A DNA stretch of 64,000 nucleotides, taken from assembly GCA_951406725.2 (NCBI GenBank), contig OX597826.1, positions 38,564,001 to 38,628,000 of the forward strand, given 5' to 3'. The translations under genes and the position numbers were made by a program. Below are positions 13,741-26,094 of the stretch, in pieces; position 1 is the stretch's first letter; each line of letters opens with the position of its first letter. The notes beneath the pieces were generated by a model. That model was not told the DNA's origin. It saw nothing but the letters and a program-made list of their open reading frames with translations, and did not search any database. This DNA is from Octopus vulgaris (lineage: Eukaryota).

Positions 13741-14010
13741 TTACATAGGCATCGCCAGATTGACGGATGGATGAATGCGTATTCAGGCTCAGCGGTTGCG
13801 TAGGAAGTCGGGGACAAGAAACAGGAAGAAAGAGTAAGAGAAAGTTGGATCAAAAGAGTACAACAGGAGTCTCCACCACCCCCTGCTGGAGACTCATGGA
13901 GCTTTAGGTGATTTCGCTCAATAAACACACACAATGCTCGGTCTGGGAATTGAAACCACGATCCTCTGACCGCGAGTCCGCTGCCCCAACCACTGGGCCA
14001 TTGCGCCTCC
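13741..14010 (-). mobile_element. tRNA-derived SINE, family A head and core with a different 3' tail
   Basis: Shares ggaggcgcaatggcccagtggtt...tgtactcttt with family A, then diverges. Confidence 0.7.
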
Positions 14011-14298
14011 ACACTGCTGCTTCTTCTTCTTCTTCTTCTTCCTTTTCTTTTTCTGATTCTTCTCTTTCGTGGCACCCATACCAGTGGCACGTAAAAAACA
14101 CCCAAAATGGTTGGCATTAGGAAGGGCATCCAGCTGCAGAAACCTTGCAAATTAGATTTGAACCTGATGTAGTCCCTGGCTTACCAGTTTTCTGTGAAAT
14201 CGTCCAAACCATGCCAGCATGGAAACCGAATGTTAAATGATGACGACGACTATGATGATGATAAATATATACCATGATGATATATATATATATATCAA

Positions 14299-14528
14299 GG
14301 GCGGCGAGCTGGCAGAAACGTTAGCATGCTGGGCAAAATGCGTAGCTGCATTTCGTCTGCTGTATGTTCTAAGTTCAAATTCCACTGAGGTTGACTTTGC
14401 CTTTCATCCTTTCGGGTCGATAAATTAAGTACCAGTTACGCACTGGGGTCGATATAATCGACTTAATCCGTTTGTCTGTCATTGTTTGTCCTCTCTGTGT
14501 TTAGTCCCTTGTGGCCAGTAAAGAAATA
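14299..14528 (+). mobile_element. MetaSINE-like element
   Basis: Full-length paralog of 26217-26447. Confidence 0.75.
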
Positions 14529-14544
14529 TATATATATATATCAT

Positions 14545-15400
14545 CAAATAAGCCTAACAACAGATGTCCTCTGGTTCAACACAGTTTTTGGCTTGCATGT
14601 TTCAACCAAGATTGCTGGAAAATTGTTTGCTGCTTTAGACAAGTGTTTTCCTAAATCTAATTGGTATCATTGTTATTTTTAATCAACACATTGTGAAGGT
14701 ATCCTACACCAACTCTGCTAATTTAGAGCAGCTTATGCATCACATAAACAATAGCAAAATGCAGTAAAGGTTCAATAACCCACCTACTGGATCTAGTGAA
14801 CAGTTGCATCTAAATACCATCAATGAGATGTAAACCACATTGATAAATACCAACTATGACCAATTTGTAGTAGTAGAAATACTCATGATACAGTTAGCAT
14901 GGTAACAATACTGGTTAATGGATTCAAGACTGCCTTATATACAAATAAATATGATAAATGCTCATGCAGAGATAAATCAAAATGTCCTTTGATGAATCTC
15001 TGTATGAGTAAAAATCTTGTATATAAATGTACCGTGCACACAAGGGGAGGGCCCAATGTAAACATTGGGCAGACGACTGATTCATTTAAGAATTGTTATC
15101 ATAACCACGTTGCCAGCTTTAAGACAAAAAAATAAGAGACATTCAACATCTTTGGCAGATTTTGTATGGTGACTGAAGGAGGATAAAATGAAGTACAGCA
15201 TTAATTGGTCCATAATAAGGTATGCAAAACCATACAATATAATTTCTAGGAGATGCCATCTCTGCTCCAAGGAATTCCTGTCTATTCTGTAGACTAATGA
15301 GAAAATAATAGAATTTCTGAATGACTCTCGAGATGCCTACATGCATATAAATGTTCTTTTGCACAATGCAGTGAGAATGAATTTTGAATAACTGATAATT
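14545..15400 (+). mobile_element. Naiad-type Penelope-like GIY-YIG remnant
   Basis: WFN..., KVSY, CSCRDKSKCPLMNLC, NLVYKC...IGQTTDSFKNCYHNHVASF, WSII..AKPY...CHLC. Confidence 0.7.
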
Positions 15401-15412
15401 TAATTTACTTAA

Positions 15413-15704
15413 TACTATAGCCTTGGGCCGACCAAAGCCTTGTGAGTGCATCTGGTAGATAGAAACTGAAAGAGGCCCATTGTATGTATATATATACTCT
15501 TTACTCTTTTACTTGTTTCAGTCATTTGACTGCAGCCATGCTGGAGCACCACCTTTAGTTGAGCAAATCGACCCCAGGACTTATTCTTTGTAAGCCTAGT
15601 ACTTATTCTATTGGTCTCTTTTGCCGAACCACTAAGTTACGGGGACCTAAACACACCAGCATCGGTTGTGAAGCGATGTTGGGGGGACCAACAGAGACAC
15701 ACAA

Positions 15705-15770
<66 letters not shown>

Positions 15771-16740
15771 GACGGGATTCTTTCAGTTTCCGTCTACCAA
15801 ATCCACTCACAAGGCTTTGGTCGGCCCGAGGCTATAGTAGAAGACACTTGCCCAAGGTGCCACGCAATGGGACTGAACCTGGAACCATGTGGTTGGTAAG
15901 CAAGCTACTTACCACACAGCCACTCTGTGTGTGTATTTGTCTCCCTACCTTGCTTAACAACTGATGTTGGTGTGTTTATGTCTCCATAACTTAGTGGTTT
16001 GGCAAAAGAGACCAGTAGAATAAGTACTAGGCTTACAAAGAATAAGTCCTGGAGTCGATTTTTTTTTAATAAAGGCAGTGCTCCAGCATAGTCAAATAAC
16101 TGAAACAAGTAAAGAAAAAAAGAATATTATAAGTACATACATACTATTTTACTCTCTTACTTGTTTCAGTCATTTGACTGCAGCCATGCTGGAGCACCAC
16201 CTTTAGTCGAGCAAATCGACCCCAGGACTTATTCTTTGTAAGCCCAGTACTTATTCTATCGGTCTCTTTTTCCGAACCGCTAAGTGACGGGCACGTAAAC
16301 ACACTAGCATCGGTTGTCAAGCAATGCTAGGGGGACAAACACAGATACACAAACACACACACACACACATATATATATACATATATACGACAGGCTTCTT
16401 TCAGTTTCCGTCTACCAAATCCACTCACAAGGCATTGGTCGGCCCGGGGCTATAGTAGAAGACACTTGCCCAAGGTGCCACACAGTGGGACTGAACCCGG
16501 AACCATGTGGTCAGTAAGCAAGCTACTTACCACACAGCCACTCTGTGTGTGTATTTGTCTCCCTACCTTGCTTAACAACTGATGTTGGTGTGTTTATGTC
16601 TCCATAACTTAGTGGTTTGGCAAAAGAGACCAGTAGAATAAGTACTAGGCTTACAAAGAATAAGTCCTGGAGTCGATTTTTTTCACTAAAGGCAGTGCTC
16701 CAGCATAGCTGCAGTCAAATGACTGAAACAAGTAAAGAAA
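15413..16740. repeat. nested and tandemly duplicated family-B SINE cluster (~620-bp period)
   Basis: A plus SINE is split by a minus SINE. The junction cacacagccactctgtgtgtgtatttgtctccctacc recurs at about 15913 and 16531. Confidence 0.8.
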
Positions 16741-17085
16741 AAAGAATATTATAGGTACATACATACATACATACATACATACATACATACATACATACAT
16801 GCATATATATATCATGTTATGCATATATATTGCATATATATAGAGATACTTCGCACTTCATCATAATCACAATTAATATCAGATTTAAAACATACTGTCA
16901 TCATTGCTGGAGTGAAGAGTCTTGCTAGAGTACAGTATTGTATCACTGTTGTGGATATTTAAAGTTCTCTTTTCGTAGATGCCCATTAACCGTTGATGGA
17001 TTGAAGAATGAGCAAAATACAAACACAAGGTGTTGGATAAAGAAAACGTTCAGATTAATGAAAAGAAGTACTGTTTAATACTTAC

Positions 17086-17159
17086 TTCATTTGTTTTTCT
17101 TGTTTTATTTTGGTATTTATTCTTTCTATTTCAAATTCACCAACAATAGCCATCGCCAT
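17086..17159 (-). CDS. CCDC169: CCDC169-like coiled-coil protein, first coding exon
   Basis: aaacATGG start context, MAMAIVGEFEIERINTKIKQEKQM, donor AA|GTAAGT with phase 2 matching the next exon. An in-frame alternative ATG lies at 17174. Confidence 0.8.
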
Positions 17160-17175
17160 GTTTGTTTTGTTCATA

Positions 17176-17188
17176 GTTGCTAGGTTAC
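17176..17188. promoter_or_regulatory. RFX X-box (GTTGCTAGGTTAC / GTAACCTAGCAAC)
   Basis: Perfect match to the RFX consensus GTNRCC(N0-3)RGYAAC, 16 nt upstream of the CCDC169-like ATG. Confidence 0.7.
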
Positions 17189-17354
17189 AATTAACTGTTA
17201 AGCTCGGTTTGTCTACCTGTGAACTAAAATTACAGATTAGAATGTTTCAGGTATTCACTAAAGTCAAGCAGTTAGTCTAGTGTAACGGAGAAGAATAAAC
17301 AAATTCTGTGATTTCTGTTGTTTGCTCTGTGTGTGTGTGGTGTATGTACATATG

Positions 17355-17451
<97 letters not shown>

Positions 17452-17565
17452 TCAGACACACATACATATGTATATCTATCTATCTATCTATCTATGTACC
17501 TACACGCACACACAGATATGTATTTGTATATTTACATACACATACATATGTATGTGTATATATGT

Positions 17566-17596
<31 letters not shown>

Positions 17597-17605
17597 CACA
17601 CACAC

Positions 17606-17642
<37 letters not shown>

Positions 17643-18164
17643 TTATCATTTGGCGTCTGTTGTCCATGCTGGCATGGGTTGGACATATATATACATATAT
17701 GTATGTATGTATGTATGTATATAGATATGTAAAATCTTTGTCGTGTTTTTATTCATTTGCTTCGCTTTCAGCCTGTGCCAGCAAAGTGAAAAACAAAATG
17801 TGGTTTTAGAGTCATTTGATATCTATTTCTAGCGTGTAGGTGCTGTTTCTCAGTATCCATAAATATACTTATATCTATATGATTATATATCTACAGTTTT
17901 TATTACATGCTGGCCATTGCTAAGATCGTTATTTTTAAAATGATTATATTCTTAATTGGGTATACACATATATATTAGATACGTACACACACACATATAT
18001 ATAGGTGCAGGAGTGGCTGCGTGAAAAGAAGTTTGCTTCCCAACCACATGGTTCTGGGTTCAGTCCCGCAGTGTGACACCTTGGGCAAGTGCCTTCTTCT
18101 ATAGCTCAGGCCAGATCCTTGTGATTGGATTTGGTAGACAGAAACTGAAAGAAGCCTGTCGTCA

Positions 18165-18839
18165 TTATTATCATCATCATCGTTTAATGTCCATTTTCCA
18201 TACTGGCATGGGTTGGATGGTTCGAATGCACCAGGCTCCAGTCTGATCTGGCAGTGTTTCTACAGCTGGATGCCCTTCCTAACACCAACCACTCTGAGAG
18301 TGTAGTGGGTGCTTTTTTTACATGCCACCGGATGGTGCTTTTTACATGCCATCAGCACGGGAGCCAGTCAAGGTGGCACTGGCATCGGCCACATTCGGAT
18401 GGTACTCTTTACGTGCCACCAGCTCGGGGACCACTACTACAATTTCCATTTGATTGTGATTTGATTTAATTTGATTTTGATTTTGATGTACTTGACTCAA
18501 TGGACCTCCTCAAGCACAGCATGTCACCCTACAATCCAAGGTATATTTTAAGTGGGCTGGTTATGTGACACTGGTGTAGGTTACAGCTGCAAACTCACTT
18601 GATTTGCTGGGTCTTCTCAATCACAGCATATCTCCAGAGGTCTCGGTCTCTTGTCATTGCCTCTGTGAGGCCCAACGTTCAAAGGTCATGCTTCACCACC
18701 TCATCCCATGTCTTCCTGAGTCTCCCTCAACCCCAGATTCCTTCCACTATTTGGGAGTGGCACTTCTTCACACAGCTCTCCTCATCCATCCATAGTACAT
18801 GGCCATACCAATGCAAATGTCTCTCTTGCACGCCACATC
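18165..18839 (-). mobile_element. 5'-truncated RTE LINE (ORF end, 3'UTR and (GAT)n tail)
   Basis: CGVQERHLHWYGHV...RKTWDEVVKHDL, followed by a 3'UTR with ggtggcacgtaaaa repeats, ending ggacattaaacgatgatgatg. Confidence 0.8.
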
Positions 18840-20250
18840 CAATATTACTAATATTATTTATCAACGATTTTTTAATTGATGGTGGGTGATTACTATTAGC
18901 ATTTATATATCTAAGGTTTTCATTAAATTTATGATATGGTTGTGTTTTACCCGTTATTAGATTAAAATTAACATCTAAATAATTGACATTATAGTTCTCA
19001 TTATATATAGTAATACTTAAACCATATCTTTTAAAGAAGCTATAAAGTTTCTTCTTATATAATTCTAGTTTCCTATGAGTGCAATTCTTAGTAATAAATA
19101 AAAGGTCATCCCTATATAAACCACCCTCTAATTTTAAATTTTCTAATTGAAGTTCAGATAATAGATAAATACCTACCAAATTCGTAGCTTGTGCAGAATT
19201 GGGTGCCCCCATAGGTATATCAAAACAGTCCCTAGTATCTTTCCTAGCCCATAATTTATTATTGTATCTAATAAATGATTTCCTAGCCATTTTAATTACA
19301 TTAACCTCATCAAAATCTCATTCCTACCTTATTCATTGCGTATATTAGGGTCTTACTAAACACAATTTCATTAATAGAAAAGTAATAATTATCTATATCT
19401 ATTTGAATAAATTTATATCGATTTTTTCTTTAATATTATTAAACCAATTTAGAGTATTATTATTACTAGTCCATAAGTTTAGGTAGTTTAATTTATTAAT
19501 ATATTTATCTAAAATGAGTTTACTCAATTTACCAAGGTCTGATTTATATGGACAAATTAATCTAACTTTAGGGGCAGAATAAAAATTATCTTTATGGTCT
19601 TTCAAAGTAATTCTAGGGTGCATAGGTACATAAGGTTCAGTTTTATTATCCAACTTATAGTTTATCATGACTAATTTAGAGGCCTTGTTTATAGTATAAA
19701 GTGTATTATCTGGAACAATTTTATATTTTTTAATTATCTCTTTCTCTAAAAGGTTATTATATAATTTAACATCCAGTTTATATAGATTCCTAGTTTTATC
19801 TGATTGTACAATAATACCATCCATATTTCTCATTTCTTTAATTCTAATAGCTAAATTTCTTAAATATTCATTGTCTGTTTGGGTATTTATGAAATTTAAT
19901 ATTTTTCACCACCTTCCAAATATTATCTTCTAAGATCTGTAAATCTCTGTTATATGGGGGTTCTTTTTTAGATTTAAAATTTGAATTAAAATCATTAGTA
20001 TTCATAATATCGTTAAAATTAGATATATTATAGTTATAAAAGTAGGCTTTCCATTTAACCCTAGAAACAAAATCCTTAATATTATTAATAAGTTTCAAAA
20101 TATATTCTTTCCTAGAGGGTATTGGAATATCCTTCAAAGATGAATTCCAAAATAGCTGTTCCATCTTACCTGTAAGTGCCATAACATACGAAACTGAGAT
20201 TAAATACACTCAATAAACATAAGCTATCAATATAATTATAATAATAATAA
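18840..20250 (-). mobile_element. Penelope-like element, Naiad/Chlamys-type RT (frameshifted, 3'-truncated)
   Basis: Motifs SLKDIPIP, SDKTRNLY, ITLKDHKDNF, RLICPYKSDLGK, IDIDNYY, FDIPMGA, GLYRDD, NYLDVNFNL and SNHPPSI, spread over three frames. Confidence 0.8.
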
Positions 20251-20520
20251 TATTAGGGAGTATAGCTCCAAACTTACAGGGAAAAATTCGATTTAGTATT
20301 AAATCAAATTTCACAGTATAAATATATAAAATATGAATTAGAGATAAAACCACTATTATGCAACTCAAACAGTGATAGACATAAACCAATACATAAAAAA
20401 CAAATAATATAAATATATAATTAATATAATATATAATATATAATTTTTTAAACTTTATTTTATTTTTTCAAAAAGTATAAAAAGAATGATAAATATAATA
20501 TAAGTAAAAACACTATGTTC

Positions 20521-20566
<46 letters not shown>

Positions 20567-20879
20567 TGTTTCGAATTTGTGTGAATGTGTATAGAATAAT
20601 ATATCAGTTGAATAAAATTAAAACATGATCTGGTTTCCACGTTCTTTATTATGGTATTTTAACATTAAAAAAAAATATTTTGTAATGTCCATAAAGTTAA
20701 ATTAGTGCTTTCATACATAGTGTAATCCTCATAGTGTGTTTAACTGACAGTTGACTTCATGACAACTTTAGTACCTCTTAGAATGATCCAACAAACTGAA
20801 GTTTTAGAATACCTGTTTGACCAATCTGCATGCAGCTTAAACATCAAGGTTTACCAGGCGTACCAATATTCTGTAACTT

Positions 20880-21800
20880 GAACATGTTAATAAACTGTTC
20901 TTCTTTTATCTTTCTTCTAACCTGACTTGTGTTATGTAGTTTGTGGAAAGGAAAAATTGGAAACATTTTCTGACCACATGTCTCTATATTCGCTCAATGG
21001 AATTTGGTGAACATTGGTGTTCAGGATTTGTTGTCTGTAGACTCATGAATGTTCCAATAATGCATTCCTTGTCTCGCCTACATATAATTCCTTGCAATTT
21101 GGGAAGATAATGCAGTAGATCAAATTGCTGCTTTTGCAGTTCATATCTGCATTTACGAAAATCTATCCATTTTTTGTTCTAATGGATCTACCAGTATACA
21201 TGTATTGACACATTCCACATCTGTTATCATTACACTTGGTTACTGTGAATGTTTTATCCTGTTTGTTCATGTTGAATTTTGCCTTTGTTAATAGTTTCTT
21301 TAAGTCATGTGGCTGCCTTTTGCTTAAGGTAGGTGTTTGATTAGTTATTGGGTTTTTAAAATTTTTCACTTTGTTACATGATTGGCAAATTTGTTTTGAT
21401 GATATTAAAAATGTTTTGGTAATGCAGATTGTGTGTTACTAGAAATGGTATTGTGTTCCTTTGATGGGTTCATCTTTTTCGTGCTACTTTAAGTTGTTCT
21501 ATAGGTATCTCTTTTGCTCATTGTATGCTATTTTCTATGAGTAGGAGAGGGTAATTTTGCTTGAGCAGAAATCCTTTGAGTTCTCTACATCGTGTGTTTC
21601 TGGTATTTGGGTCATGGACCACAGTACAAATTTTCCTGGCTAGACAGCACGGGATGTTGCATTTTGTGTGTTGGGTGGCATGATTTGAAATTTAGGAACT
21701 GGTGTGTATCTGTGCTTTTGTAATAAATATCAGTTGTGATTTGTTGTGTGGTTTTTAATTACCATTATGCCAAGAAATAGCAATTGTGTGTTGCTCATAA
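20880..21800 (-). mobile_element. Neptune-type Penelope-like remnant (RT thumb, Cys linker, GIY-YIG)
   Basis: KCNDNRCGMCQY, MNCKSSNLIYCIIFPNCKELYVGET, and thumb fragments (YKSTDTHQFLNF). Confidence 0.7.
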
Positions 21801-21970
21801 GAGCTGTGGGTAGCAATTTTGAATAATAGTATTGTCTACAAAAAAAAAGAGTTAAGAGTAAACACAAGCATGTACATAGAAACTCGTTAAAAATCCATTT
21901 ATAGACGACTCATAAGAAACCCATTTAAAATACGACATTTCATGTGAAACAACCTAATATATATATATAT

Positions 21971-22425
21971 AAACAGAAAATGGAGAAATATTGATCAACA
22001 ACAATTCACTAACATTGATTATTACTTTTTAATACAAAGACATTATCCCATCTAACAGCTGTTTCTGCTTCCACTGTTCCACGGTGTTGCCATTGAAAAT
22101 TCTGAGAATAATATTTGTCATATCTGTAATACATTTGATCTGGAACATGGAGCTTCATCAGAGTGAAGAAGAAGAAGAAGAATGGCTTCTTCTCTAGGCT
22201 CCTCTTCTTTTCATTTATGAATTTTTCTTCACTCTGATGAAGCTCTATGTTCCAGATCGGCTGTGTTACAAAATATGACGAATATTATTCTCAGAATGTT
22301 CAATGGCAACACCTTGGAACAGTGGAAGCAGAAACGGCTGTTAGATGGGATAAAGTCTTTGGATTAAAAAGTAATAATCGATGTTAGTCAATTGTTGTTG
22401 ATCAATAACACTCCATTTTCTGTTT
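21971..22425. repeat. ~200-bp-arm inverted repeat of a Penelope-like terminal repeat, each arm with a hammerhead-like motif
   Basis: Arms 21971-22170 and 22225-22425 are near-reverse-complements. The right arm has CTGATGA 22234-40 ... GAAAC-GGCT-GTT 22331-42, and the left arm has the same on the minus strand. Adjacent to a PLE remnant. Confidence 0.8.
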
Positions 22426-23906
22426 AGTTTAAATTTGATTCCTGATAAACTCATGTTTATCTTTGTCATTACTTGTAATCTATGAGCATAATCTACTTGC
22501 ATATGTATGCCCAGGGTTAACACAGGTAATTATACTGGTTGCAAAATGGATATTTTTATCCCTTAGACCGTTATTCCAACCTCTAAATCTACTAATATAT
22601 TTTTATCTCTTAGACGGTTATTCCAACCTCTAACTCTACTATGTGTATGTATGTATGTATTTACACATACATACACACAACTGGATTCTTATAGTTTTTG
22701 CCTACTTAATCCACTCACAAGGCTTTAATTGGTTGAGGCTATAGTATAAGACACTTGCCCAGGGTTCCATTCAAATGGAAATTAACCTAAAGTATATGTA
22801 TGTCTGTTTGTGTGTATGCATTTATTTTGAGTTCACCATGTCTTTACATACTTGGTCTAGTGTAAACAAGACAACTATCTCACTATCAAATATGATTCAA
22901 GACATATTTTAACAAAGTCTTTCAGAACAAAAGAAACTTGTAACTATGTCCTGGGTGTTTCATTGTTCAATTGACTAGGGGTTTATTACCTTGTTTAGTT
23001 AAGTTTGACACCAGGAAGGGCATCTAGCAGTAGAACATCTGTAGCAACGAATTCTCACTGATTAATGCAAGCATGGAAAAATGAATGATAAAACAATGAT
23101 GATGCCAATGACAATGACAATGCTGATGCCAACAACAATGATGATGACATCATTGTTCTTTCTCTCATTTTGGCATGAATTTTAGGTAAATTTTGTTAAA
23201 AAACAAAACAATGAAATAAAGTAGTAGAAAAGTTTCATTTGCAGAAATGGAACATTTTTTTCTATTAATTCTTCACCTGTAAGTGAGTTACTCAGAAATG
23301 CATTGTTTTGTAATATTTGTATAATATTTACTGGTTTGTGTATTTTGAGGTTGTTGTTATTTTATGATTCTCTTTCATAGAAGCTATTTTTAACTTTGAA
23401 TAACTCTTGTATTGTGTCTAAAGTATATCTGAAATTTGTCTTTTCAGTAGAACCTCAAGTTTTCTTTAAATAATTACCAAATATGCCTTTAGTTCAGCCT
23501 AATTTTTTTTCCACTGAATATTTTTCAAATTAACCCTTTCTGCTTAATATTTGCCCTGTGTACTCCAGACACTTTACTTGACTTGATGCTTACATGAACA
23601 GTATATAATATATTCTTTGTTTATGCCAATTTCAGAAGTTTGTTTTAAATTCTCTTGGTGTCTGGCTTGAGTAGTGATGTTTTGTCATAAACAGTCTTCA
23701 TATTCCAACTGAGTCCTTGATAAATGTTTCACCTTGAATATTCCTGATGTAACAAGATGGATCAAAAGGAAGGGGAAAAAAAAAACTCTTTCATTTTTCT
23801 GTGAACATGTTAAATTTGCTGGTGACATTTATACATTTTGTAAAAACAAATTTGGGGTTTAGGGGAAAAAGAATTAAGATCATTTGTTTCTTAATTTGTT
23901 GAATAT

Positions 23907-23912
23907 TTTATT
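23907..23912 (-). terminator. candidate polyadenylation signal AATAAA of the DLC-family gene
   Basis: Minus-strand AATAAA about 280 nt after the stop, followed by T-rich sequence. The hexamer is common in AT-rich DNA, so support is weak. Confidence 0.3.
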
Positions 23913-24191
23913 ATTAAACATTTAACAGATATCCTTGAAGAAAGGAAGTAATTTTATGTGTTAAATAATCAACACATATTATTTAAAAAAGTTTGGCAAA
24001 AATCATTTATCTCAAGATTTCGTTGCCTTTGAAATCTGATATTTCACCAAAATGTTTAGAAATAATTATATATATATATATATATGTAATATCTTTTAAA
24101 ATCTGTCATTGCTCTTTTGTTTTACATTTACAATCTGATAAGCTGCTTGTGTATAGGTTTATGTGTTTGTGAATGTGTATATAGATGAAAT

Positions 24192-24306
24192 TCAGAGTTT
24201 TGTCTCTGGGCCAGAAGCAACTTGCTGAAAACTCGTTCTTAATCGGTCCATGAAATTAGCATTGATTTTACCATAACTTAAATTGTACCATTTGACTGAC
24301 CGGCCC
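24192..24306 (-). CDS. STARD13: DLC-family terminal coding exon
   Basis: ttttttacag| then GRSVKWYNLSYGKINANFMDRLRTSFQQVASGPETKL*, with TGA at 24194-24192. Resembles the STARD13/STARD8 C-terminus GPETK(I/L). Confidence 0.94.
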
Positions 24307-25365
24307 CTGTAAAAAAGTAAAAAACAAACATATGAAAAATAAATTAGAAGAAACTATTTTCAAACTTTAAAATATTAATATAGGTAAGAAAACCCAAACA
24401 TTTTTTATTTTAGTTTTAGTCATTACAAAACAGGCATACCAGAACACTGCAGCCTACAAAGATTTTAGGTAGTTAACTATACTGACTTCCCAATCTCTGT
24501 ATGGTGCTTATTTTATTAATCTTGGAAAGATAAAAGACAAAGATGGTGTATGTGAGATCTGAATTCAGAATATAATAAAATAATGTAAGAGTGTATTTTG
24601 TTGAAATGCTCTTCTAATTTGGTCAATCTACCATAAAAATTGTGTTCAAAGTGGACATTTTTGGAGCCCTTAACTCCAAGTTATATTGTTCACTCAAGCA
24701 GAGTTAGCTGTACCTTGCCCAGAGACACAACACACTAGTTGTATGTTGTAAAAGACAGTAATTTCCTCCTTTCTTTATGATCTGCTTCAGAGGCCCAGAG
24801 ACAGGCTAAGAGTATCTATTTTCTTCTAAATGAATGATTGTCTATATTCTTTTATTCTTTTAACTGTTTCCGTCATTTGACTGCAGCCATGCTGGAGCAC
24901 CACCTTTAGTTGAACAAATCAACCCCAGGACTTATTCTTTGTAAGCCTATTATTTATTCTATTAGTATCTTTTGCCAAGCTCCTAAGTTACAGGGGGACA
25001 TAAAAACACCAGTATTGGTTGTCAAGGGATGGTGGGAGGATAAACACCAACACACAAGCATACACACACATATATGATGGGTTTCTTCACGAATTTGCGT
25101 GAAAATATTTTTCTGGGAATGAATTACAATCTATAACATAGCTACAATGGGAAATTATTGCTCTGCTTTCTGAGCAGTCTCCAGGAAAAAATTAACTTGT
25201 ATATTGAGGTATTACTATATATCCTTTAAAATATAAATTGTATGCATTTTCCTTCATTTATTATATTTTTTCACTACAACTCTTCACACGGGGAAAATCT
25301 CCTCAACAGAACTGTTTTTTACTATATATATATATATATATACATACATATATATATATACATAT

Positions 25366-25418
<53 letters not shown>

Positions 25419-25591
25419 TACATATATATATATACATATACAAATATATATATATATATACACATATACATACATAGTCAATTTAATTTAACAACCAATA
25501 AAAAAAATGAATAATAAAATTAACAACCAACAAGCGGATGTGCACAAGGAATGTATTAGCTTGATACCTGGACATATATATATATAGCTAC

Positions 25592-25634
<43 letters not shown>

Positions 25635-25868
25635 TTGTATCTGCACAAAAAACTTTATGCTTGTCATATAATTTGACATGAGATATACTTATTGTGACAA
25701 TGACAAAACATACTTATCTTCACATTTAAATTTTGTTTGTTTTTTTGATTGCTAATTACCGTATGACCTTTATCTGAGGGAGTTGAGATATAATACACTG
25801 GCTGATGTTAATTCTAGAATGATGGTTCAGTAACATGGATATTCAGAGTTATTTAAAATCAAACTTAC

Positions 25869-26042
25869 TTTGTATCTTCCCGAATAATGTGTGTAACCCT
25901 GGATTTTCCAGCACCACAAGGTTCAATGAGATAGTGAGATTCTAAGATGATACCTTCCACACCAGATATCTTGACTTTGGGATGTCGTACTGAGTGAGTT
26001 AATAGTAAACAAGCTCCCTTAGAAAGGTCTGTTCTCCACGAT
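25869..26042 (-). CDS. STARD13: DLC-family exon, START domain
   Basis: attatcag| ... AA|GTAAGT. Translates SWRTDLSKGACLLLTHSVRHPK...SHYLIEPCGAGKSRVTHIIREDT, phase 2 to 2. Confidence 0.94.
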
Positions 26043-26094
26043 CTGATAATAAATAAAACATGTTCAGAGGAAGATAAACTATGTTATTGTCATA

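Noticed and set aside
15165-15180. In-frame TGA in a Naiad remnant as possible selenocysteine
   Set aside because: It falls at a non-Cys position (FVW*LK), the Cys motifs use normal codons and the copy is decayed.
17264-17809. Several IYIY/THTH ORFs (also at 4388, 25238, 34028, 36466, 56118)
   Set aside because: These are translations of (TA)n, (CA)n, (TACA)n and (AAT)n microsatellites.
18727-19290. 187-aa ORF suggesting a novel RT fusion
   Set aside because: It is a chance in-frame junction at about 18839 between a Naiad-type RT thumb and a 5'-truncated RTE 3' end, and it stops shortly after.
22551-22640. 47-bp tandem dimer (similar short duplication at about 41294-41436)
   Set aside because: Ordinary local duplications with no functional signature.
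23690-23745. Possible alternative DLC terminal exon after catcag (KNIQGETFIKDSVGI*)
   Set aside because: It would truncate the START fold, has no homology support and needs RNA evidence.
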